NCBI GenBank assembly: GCA_018985225.1
Contig: JADGIF010000673.1
Location: forward strand, 1-5,303
DNA from: Amoeboradix gromovi X-113
Lineage: Eukaryota > Fungi > Sanchytriomycota
Length of the DNA: 5,303 nt
Direction of reading: 5' to 3'
Shown: piece after piece, positions 1 through 5,303 of the stretch
Layout of the letters: each line of letters begins with the position of its first letter
Position numbering within the stretch: position 1 is the first letter of the stretch
The notes under the pieces: generated by a model
What the model was told of the DNA's origin: nothing
The model's input: only the letters and a program-made list of their open reading frames with translations
Databases searched by the model: none
Position numbers and translations under genes: made by a program

Positions 1-212
1 GTCTAAGAAAATGCACCTTTTGCTTAGATGCTCAAAGACCTCATATATTTGAAAGAGATGTAGGGTCTTCTAGTTTTATTTTGAAAAGAGGAATACAATT
101 AATGAAAGCAAATTGGTATAATAGAAGAAGATCTTTTATTAGTGATAGCATTTCCTCCGTATGGTGCACCTCCTTTAAAAACGAGTTAGTCTAGTTTTTA
201 TATTTGGTGTCC
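1..212 (+). repeat. Left arm of long inverted repeat (pairs with 4987..5198); truncated by window start
   Basis: Manual alignment of 1..212 to the reverse complement of 4987..5198 is ungapped with 16 mismatches (196/212 identical). Similarity ends abruptly after ...TTTGGTGTCC (212). Confidence 0.97.
3..194 (+). CDS. 5'-truncated CDS, C-terminal 63 aa of a protein with CxxC-x10-RD motif (possible divergent Fanzor/TnpB Zn-finger + RuvC-III end); paralog of 5005..5301(-)
   Basis: Open frame from the window edge: LRKCTFCLDAQRPHIFERDVGSSSFILKRGIQLMKANWYNRRRSFISDSISSVWCTSFKNELV*, stop TAG 192-194. The frame and stop are conserved in the other arm, and the 4 differences up to the RD motif (44, 50, 54, 59) are all synonymous. 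Not in the ORF track because the start is outside the window. Confidence 0.7.
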   Translation, partial: LRKCTFCLDAQRPHIFERDVGSSSFILKRGIQLMKANWYNRRRSFISDSISSVWCTSFKNELV

Positions 213-218
213 CACTTA
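213..218 (+). repeat. 6-bp direct repeat CACTTA, copy 1 (abuts inner edge of left arm)
   Basis: CACTTA at 213-218 and 4981-4986, each directly adjacent to the inner boundary of an inverted-repeat arm. The hexamer also occurs at 3353 and 4806, so its significance rests on position only. Confidence 0.4.
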
Positions 219-334
219 TATAGAAAATAAAACCAAAGTGAAAAAATGTTCAGTTTCAGCTAATACAGATCCCATGATCAAAAAGTAGAAGGTGTCCATA
301 CTCATTTTAAAACTGTTAAACATGAGTTAAAGAT

Positions 335-975
335 ATGAAGATCATCGGTATGTCGATATGGCATACACTATTAAAGCGCAAACTCCATTGTTTATCAGTG
401 GTCGGCCGAGACGCAATCGCTAATAAATCTTTTGTAGTTACGATAAACTCTTATAATTGAAAAGCAGTTTAAGAATGAACTTGGATACGAGTTCGGGCTG
501 CTAGGCATGTAATTGAGGCGCATTAAAACTCAAAGTCTGGGTATTAAGAACTGCGTTGGTGATCTCGTTCACATACTGCGTCAAATCTTAATGTAGTGCC
601 TAGCCATGAAATGGAGCATTAAGCTTGGAGATCACGTGATGGAGTAGTTATAGACATATTTAAGGGAATGCAGTGGTTCCAAATAAGAGGTTGATATATA
701 AATTATGTAAAAGAGCTAGAGTCATTATTACACCTGAATTTAGAACCTCCAAGTAGTGTTGTAATTGTCATCATGACTTGCCAAAAGAGATGGTATCCGT
801 TAATGGTCAAAGACAGAGACAATGTCCAAATCGTTTCTCTATAGAGGATCGTGACGTGAATGCACGTATAAAAATAGAACAAGTCGTTATAAGTTATTGT
901 TGCATCTATGAGAAAACTAAGTGGCAAGAATTGGACTTTGATGCGAAATCAACTCCTTCGGGACACCCATTATGA
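335..975 (+). pseudogene. Decayed TnpB/Fanzor-family RNA-guided nuclease (RuvC-I to RuvC-III with zinc finger); 5' boundary approximate
   Basis: Frame from 664: GNAVVPNKRLIYKLCKRARVIITPEFRTSK*CCNCHHDLPKEMVSVNGQRQRQCPNRFSIEDRDVNARIKI. This gives E-x-x-TSK-x-CxxC (E 736, in-frame TAG 754-756), a second knuckle CPNR (CGT at 832, one change from TGT) and DRDVNA (847-864). Upstream frameshifted remnants are MKIIG (335-349)/VDM (352-360), RuvC-I-like, and IKNCVGDLVH (543-572), bridge-helix-like. ORF-track entry 778..975 is its C-terminal part. Confidence 0.85.
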
Positions 976-979
976 ACAT

Positions 980-1027
980 TCAGAACTGTCCATATCCCTT
1001 CTATAAAGTGATGGGGACAGTTTCTGA
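980..1027 (+). ncRNA. Long imperfect hairpin immediately 3' of the Fanzor/TnpB relic; candidate omega-RNA scaffold element
   Basis: TCAGAACTGTCC (980-991) pairs with GGACAGTTTCTGA (1015-1027, one bulged T). The inner stem continues TATC/GATG and CTT/AAG around loop CTATA (1001-1005). It begins 4 nt after the TGA stop (973-975). The hairpin is seen directly; the omega-RNA role is inferred. Confidence 0.5.
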
Positions 1028-1102
1028 TTGCATGTCTCATATACTCCTCTTATATTGCGAGATTTGTAGACACTTTGATTTGTCAAAAATAAACGTGCGT
1101 GA

Positions 1103-1732
1103 ATGATTCTGGTCATAAATAAATCCGCTGAACCAGATCTCTTAATGCTTTTCATTGCTGCTGCATTTTCACCTTGCCCAACGGTGAGTAGCCCTATGAA
1201 ATTTGCACCATCCTCACCACACATAATCAAATTTACTAAATCAGTAGGCAATGTTCCACTATATAAAAGAGCTAAAGCTAAAACTGAAACTGCTTTACTA
1301 TACCATTGTGAATCTTTTATTGGTAGGATAAAGGAAGAGCTGAATGCATTTTATGAAATGTTTGAAGCAGGGAAATTTTTATTTGAGCAGCAAGGGCAAG
1401 ACACTCATTTCGTAAATTCTTTTGGAGATATAAGGATTTACCCCGTATCTAATCTGTTTGATAAGCTGAAAAGTCAGAGCTTGTCGTTTACATGTGATTG
1501 CAAGAGCAAAACATCTATAGCTATATATGAAAGTGAAAATTTCAAAACAGGTGTGATTTGTCCAGAAACTGCCACAAAAGAGTCATTCATTGAAGCACTG
1601 TATCGAGCAGTTATGGAAAATGAGCCTCCAAATAGTGAGCTCCATAAGATAGACATTTGCTCTGTCGTTAAGTATTTTGGTGCAGTTTACGATGCGTCAT
1701 GGGTGAAAACTTGGAGAAATATTTATGATTAG
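1103..1732 (+). CDS. Hypothetical protein, 209 aa (true start may be a downstream Met)
   Basis: 630-bp uninterrupted ATG ORF in AT-rich DNA, followed 3 nt after its stop by the same AATAAA-containing motif as the hexokinase gene. No family recognised. Confidence 0.72.
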   Translation: MILVINKSAEPDLLMLFIAAAFSPCPTVSSPMKFAPSSPHIIKFTKSVGNVPLYKRAKAKTETALLYHCESFIGRIKEELNAFYEMFEAGKFLFEQQGQDTHFVNSFGDIRIYPVSNLFDKLKSQSLSFTCDCKSKTSIAIYESENFKTGVICPETATKESFIEALYRAVMENEPPNSELHKIDICSVVKYFGAVYDASWVKTWRNIYD

Positions 1733-1735
1733 ATA

Positions 1736-1748
1736 TCAATAAATAGAC
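1736..1748 (+). terminator. Putative polyadenylation signal (AATAAA 1738-1743) within TCAATAAATAGAC
   Basis: Directly downstream of the stop at 1730-1732; 12/13 identical to 3224..3236. Confidence 0.55.
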
Positions 1749-1905
1749 TTAATAATTCACTCAACCACTAAAGAATACCTTTTGAAACACAGAATACCGA
1801 TTCCGCGGCCATTATAGGGAATTAGAAACTATGGGCTGTTACATTAAAAAACGGATTCCAAATATGGCTTCGCATTTGTTTATCTCCAATTTTGTGATTT
1901 AAAAC

Positions 1906-3222
1906 ATGACAGACTTTGATACGATTATCGAGCCATTAGTGCTCAGTACAAAGCAATTAAAGTCCGTAGAGGAGTCACTGATAAATGAGATGAGAATGGG
2001 ATTAAGAATGCAAGGAAAGGGATTAAAGATGCTGCCATCCTATTTGTACGGTGTGCCCACAGGAAGAGAAAAGGGTACGTTTCTTGCTCTGGATTTAGGA
2101 GGTACCAATTTTCGTGTAGTAAGAGTCGATCTGCTTGGAAGCGGTAAGGTGAAAACTGATTATCTGAAGTACACAATTCCGGATGAACTCAAAGTTAGCA
2201 ACGCTGTTCTGCTATTCGACTTCATTGCTAATTCCGTCAAAGATTTTCTCGGAAAGCATAATATAGCGGATCCAAAGTTGGGTTTTACGTTTTCTTTTCC
2301 TTGCAAGCAGCTCAACATAAACAAAGCTGTATTACTTAATTGGACAAAGGGATTTACGGCAAACGGTGTTATAGGTAATGATGTTGTTGAGCTGCTGCGT
2401 CAATCATTCTCGCGTAACAATATTGATGTAGATTGTGTTGCGGTCGTAAATGACACAGTTGGTACTTTGTTGGCTCACGCTTATGAATCTCCGAATACCA
2501 AAGTCGCAGTTATATTGGGTACAGGAACTAACGCAGCTTATATCGAAGACTGCTCTAAAATGATCAAAGATGATTTCATATGCAAAAGCAGCAAATCTAA
2601 AATACTTGTTAACATTGAGTGGGGGGCATTTGATCTTCTACCATTTACTTCTTATGATGAAGAATTGGATGCAGACACTCCGAATAAAAATCAGCAGCGT
2701 TTTGAGAAGATGGTGAGCGGAATGTATCTTGGAGAAATAACTCGACTAGTTTTGATAGATTTAATCAAAAGAAACATCTTGTTCCAGGGAAAGAGTAGCG
2801 ACATATTGAATACACCGCATTCATTTAAAACCAGATTCATGAGTGTTGTTGAGTCAGACAAATCGCCAAGTCTAGATGATGTGAAGGAATTGATGCACTC
2901 AATGCAGATCACAGAGATGGAAGCCCATGACCTCGAGATTGTGAAAAAGGTGGTGGAGCAAGTGGGCACTCGATCTGCCAGATTGTCTGGCGCAGTTTTA
3001 AGCGGAGTTTTGGTGCAAAGTCAAGTACTAGATAGCAATCAACCAGTTGTAGTTGCTGTCGATGGAAGTCTATTTGAGCTATATCCGGATTATCAGAAAA
3101 GAATTGAAGCAGCGCTAACCGAGTTGCTGCAGGAAAAAGCTAAATTAGTGAAGCTGGAATTAGCAAGGGATGGCAGCTCTGTTGGAGCCGCTTTGGGCGC
3201 TCTAGTGTCATTACATATGTAA
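1906..3222 (+). CDS. HXK: Hexokinase (eukaryotic-type, Hexokinase_1 + Hexokinase_2 domains), 438 aa, intronless
   Basis: All hallmark motifs in order: MLPSY, LALDLGGTNFRV (phosphate 1), LGFTFSFP (sugar binding), WTKGF, VNDTVGT (catalytic Asp), ILGTGTNAAY (phosphate 2), NIEWGAF, FEKMVSGMYLGE, VDGSLFE (adenosine), DGSSVGAA. A-rich start context TTTAAAACATG. Confidence 0.98.
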   Translation: MTDFDTIIEPLVLSTKQLKSVEESLINEMRMGLRMQGKGLKMLPSYLYGVPTGREKGTFLALDLGGTNFRVVRVDLLGSGKVKTDYLKYTIPDELKVSNAVLLFDFIANSVKDFLGKHNIADPKLGFTFSFPCKQLNINKAVLLNWTKGFTANGVIGNDVVELLRQSFSRNNIDVDCVAVVNDTVGTLLAHAYESPNTKVAVILGTGTNAAYIEDCSKMIKDDFICKSSKSKILVNIEWGAFDLLPFTSYDEELDADTPNKNQQRFEKMVSGMYLGEITRLVLIDLIKRNILFQGKSSDILNTPHSFKTRFMSVVESDKSPSLDDVKELMHSMQITEMEAHDLEIVKKVVEQVGTRSARLSGAVLSGVLVQSQVLDSNQPVVVAVDGSLFELYPDYQKRIEAALTELLQEKAKLVKLELARDGSSVGAALGALVSLHM

Positions 3223-3223
3223 T

Positions 3224-3236
3224 TCAATAAATCGAC
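3224..3236 (+). terminator. Putative polyadenylation signal (AATAAA 3226-3231) within TCAATAAATCGAC
   Basis: Starts 1 nt after the hexokinase stop (3220-3222); 12/13 identical to 1736..1748. Confidence 0.6.
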
Positions 3237-4726
3237 ATTGCTAAACTTGTATCCCCGCATCAGGACAAAACTATGTTAAGACGAACTACACTTTAGTGTC
3301 TTTTATAAGCTTTGGAGTTTCTTTTTTCATTAGTTTTGACTTCTCAATCTATCACTTAAATGTATGAAATCTGAGCGTTATCAGTTCTTATTTGTATCTT
3401 CTGCAATATGAAATTGAATGCTACGTATTACGACGGAACTAATCGTGAGAGGCGCTGCTATTTAGCCGAGTGTCTTTGGTTGCAATAATTGTTATCAGCT
3501 ACCACTGTTGGCGGCTTTAAAATTTGAAACTATTGAACTTTCAATGCTGATTGTACCGATAGATAATTTCAGTTATTTTACATCTAGTAATATAGCAGTC
3601 TAATGGTTTCAGAGTAATATTTGTAGATGCAAATTAGTATGAAAAGGATATTACTTGCTTAAAATTCCATAGAACTAGTTAATGTTTAAGATCAGTGCAA
3701 ATTGCGGGGTAACTTGCGCCATTGAAACCAATAAATTTGAAAGACAACCTCGGAATTGCGGTGGTGAGAACCATATTTTTTATTCAACGAAGCAGTTCTT
3801 GGAAGTGATAGGTGTTGTGCTCGGGTCAGATAGAGATTATTACTACGAATGAGAGCTTTCGGAATTGCAGTAGCGTTGGTTCCTTGATTTTCCATTTTAA
3901 TGAGGTTCGAATCAACTTTACAAAGAAGAATATGTGTTTGCTACTCTCTATAAATCTAACGCAATATTGTATACTCTTCTGTGACTTGTTTTTACACATT
4001 ACTGGTCTTAGGGTGCTTATTCTCTCTCAAATGGATATTATTTAGTGTTGTTTGGCTCACTTTTAAATTTTACTATCTGTACGGTCGTTAGTCACTAAAT
4101 TTAGCTTTCACCTTAACTTATGAGTCTGTTAAAAGGTTTTGTTTTTGGCCCTACTATAACTTGAAGTTCAATTTTCTTCTTTTATTTTTGCACACTCGCT
4201 TGAGTTGAGTATGAATAGAGATGAGTGCACTTCACTTTGACTTGCAGTTTCTTTATAAATCCTTAAAGTAGTACCCTATCTCTGGTAGTAGCAGAGTCGA
4301 TATCTTATGAGATAGTTTTACACCCATTTCCTTATTTTCCCATCGCCAAATGTGCACAATCTTCGAATTCATCGTTCAAGGAGCATTGTTGTGCAGCATA
4401 AAATATAAACATGCTATCGGTTTTTAGGCAGACAGTTGTTTTTGAACCGAAAAGGAAATAGCCAAGTTCCTATTACCTAATAAAATGTGAAAACAATTCT
4501 GGACGCAGCTCGATTGTTATCTTGAATAAATCATTTATCGCGAATTTGTATGTATTTTTGTATAATTTCAAGACTTTTCCAATAGCTTAATACTCGATAT
4601 TCTTCCTTTCGCAAATAGTAAATTGATTCTAAAGAAATAACTAGCAGGTACAGCATACATTCATCAACACTGAGTAACTGGTCCAAACATGGAAGAATTA
4701 GATGCCTTTCAATGCCTAGACAGTGA

Positions 4727-4870
4727 TATCTGCACAATTTGTTCAAGGAACGCTTGAAGTTCAAGTGTAAACAAAGAGGAAAGAGGATAATCGAATGTAA
4801 TGAATCACTTACTAGTCAGACATGTACAAGGTGTGGTACTCCAAAGAAAACCAATTTAGAAACTCTGTAG
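4727..4870 (+). pseudogene. Fanzor2/TnpB-like fragment (helix before RuvC-II strand, relocated Glu, first zinc knuckle); truncated both sides
   Basis: Frame 4727-4870: YLHNLFKERLKFKCKQRGKRIIECNESLTSQTCTRCGTPKKTNLETL*. It matches the family pattern H-x-x-F-x-x-RL-x-Y/FK...G...E-x-x-TS-x-TCxxCG (E at 4802, CTRC 4823-4834). It is bounded by TGA 4724-4726 and TAG 4868-4870. No second CxxC or RDxN follows. Too short for the ORF track. Confidence 0.85.
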
Positions 4871-4898
4871 GTTTTTGGAAGAAAGCCTAAGCGAACAG
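4865..4898 (+). ncRNA. GNRA-tetraloop hairpin at the 3' end of the Fanzor2-like fragment; candidate omega-RNA element
   Basis: TAGGTTTTT (4868-4876) - GGAA loop - GAAAGCCTA (4881-4889) forms a 9-bp stem with two G-U pairs, extendable by CTG (4865-4867)/CAG (4896-4898). The G-U pairs form only on the + strand transcript. Confidence 0.4.
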
Positions 4899-4980
4899 CA
4901 AATTTTAGTTTCCTGTTGAGTATTTCCTCATTGGATAATTTATTTGTTTAACTTTCACCTCACCGGTACTGCGAAGTGGT

Positions 4981-4986
4981 CACTTA
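4981..4986 (+). repeat. 6-bp direct repeat CACTTA, copy 2 (abuts inner edge of right arm)
   Basis: Identical to 213-218, in the same orientation, directly adjacent to the right arm boundary at 4987. Confidence 0.4.
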
Positions 4987-5198
4987 GGACACCAAACATA
5001 AAAACTAGACTAACTCGTATTTAAAGAAGGTGCTCCATACGGAGGAAATGCTATCATTAATAAAAGATCTTCTTCTATTATACCAAGATTCTCTCATTAA
5101 TTGTATTCCTCTTTTTAAAATAAAAGTAGAAGACCCTGCGTCTCGTTCGAATATGTGAGGTCTTTGAGCATCTAAGCAAAAGGTGCATTTTCTTAGAC
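4987..5198 (-). repeat. Right arm of long inverted repeat (pairs with 1..212); probably continues to 5303 and beyond, where the left counterpart is outside the window
   Basis: 5191-5198 TCTTAGAC is the reverse complement of 1-8 GTCTAAGA. 4987-4990 GGAC pairs with 209-212 GTCC. Paired coordinates always sum to 5199, so there are no indels. Confidence 0.97.
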
Positions 5199-5301
5199 GG
5201 TACTCTTTTCTAGAGTCATTTAGTAATGTTATACTAACATCATTACTCTTATCTATTTCTTTGAAGTGTAATAGTGATATTTTATTTGAAAGAGTAAGAG
5301 A
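5005..5301 (-). CDS. 5'-truncated CDS, C-terminal 98 aa; paralog of 3..194(+), possible divergent Fanzor/TnpB C-terminus
   Basis: Minus-strand frame open from the window edge: SLTLSNKISLLHFKEIDKSNDVSITLLNDSRKEYRLRKCTFCLDAQRPHIFERDAGSSTFILKRGIQLMRESWYNRRRSFINDSISSVWSTFFKYELV*. It has 98 stop-free codons in AT-rich DNA and the same stop position as the left copy. Confidence 0.72.
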   Translation of the reverse strand, partial: SLTLSNKISLLHFKEIDKSNDVSITLLNDSRKEYRLRKCTFCLDAQRPHIFERDAGSSTFILKRGIQLMRESWYNRRRSFINDSISSVWSTFFKYELV

Positions 5302-5303
5302 AT

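Noticed and set aside
44-61. C/T differences at CpA/CpG between arms suggesting RIP or methylation-driven decay
   Set aside because: There are too few sites, most are explained as synonymous changes, and many other differences are transversions.
631-640. Palindrome ATCACGTGAT (E-box/G-box or excision footprint)
   Set aside because: A single short palindrome inside a decayed CDS, with no independent support for function.
703-927. 74-aa minus-strand ORF
   Set aside because: Antisense shadow of the Fanzor/TnpB relic; no recognisable motif.
206-967. 8-bp inverted match GGTGTCCC (206-213) / GGGACACC (960-967) as TIRs of the first relic
   Set aside because: Too short; one copy belongs to the arm and the other lies inside the ORF upstream of the hairpin.
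778-975. 65-aa ORF as an independent small gene
   Set aside because: It has a TTG start and is the post-stop remainder of the frame carrying EFRTSK*CCNC, so it is part of the pseudogene.
970-1656. Minus-strand ORFs 970..1251 and 1474..1656
   Set aside because: Antisense to the longer 1103..1732 ORF, which has the poly(A) motif support.
1943-2969. Minus-strand ORFs 1943..2176 and 2691..2969
   Set aside because: Antisense shadows within hexokinase.
3819-3846. Minus-strand IISI/DPS resembling a frameshifted RuvC-I motif
   Set aside because: Needs a frameshift, lacks the Gly, and no downstream TS-CxxC or RD motif was found; likely chance.
3692-4764. Short ORFs 3692..3895(-), 3812..4045(+), 4531..4764(-)
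   Set aside because: All are under 80 aa with no motifs. The first two overlap each other and the last overlaps the Fanzor2-like fragment in antisense.
1-5198. Inverted repeat as amplification chimera or assembly artefact
   Set aside because: The arms differ at 16 of 212 positions with a codon-structured pattern; an artefactual fold-back would be essentially identical.
1-5198. Arms as terminal inverted repeats of a Polinton/Mutator-type transposon enclosing the window
   Set aside because: No transposase, integrase or polymerase is visible inside. The arms are open reading frame ends, and their outer termini are not in the window, so TIR status cannot be supported.
1-5303. CRISPR array, tRNA, rRNA or tandem repeat
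   Set aside because: No regularly spaced direct repeats or recognisable structural RNA gene signatures were seen.

Overview
AT-rich, apparently eukaryotic (or eukaryote-virus) window with no introns evident in its two intact genes: a complete hexokinase (1906..3222, +) and a 209-aa hypothetical ORF (1103..1732, +), each followed within a few bases by the same TCAATAAAT(A/C)GAC poly(A)-like motif. Reading by hand past the ORF track shows these genes are surrounded by relics of TnpB/Fanzor-family RNA-guided nucleases. One is a decayed copy at ~335..975 (RuvC-I-like KIIG/VD, EFRTSK-CxxC, DRDVNA) followed by a long hairpin. Another is a Fanzor2-like fragment at 4727..4870 (FKERLKFKC...E-x-x-TSQTCTRCG) followed by a GNRA hairpin. 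The whole region is bracketed by a 212-bp, ungapped, 92%-identical inverted repeat (1..212 / 4987..5198). Both arms are the open 3' ends of convergent paralogous genes carrying CxxC-x10-RD, possibly a further divergent Fanzor, and their homology stops sharply 18 nt after the stop codon. A 6-bp direct repeat (CACTTA) lies immediately inside both arms. All family assignments come from motif recognition by eye and need HMM confirmation.
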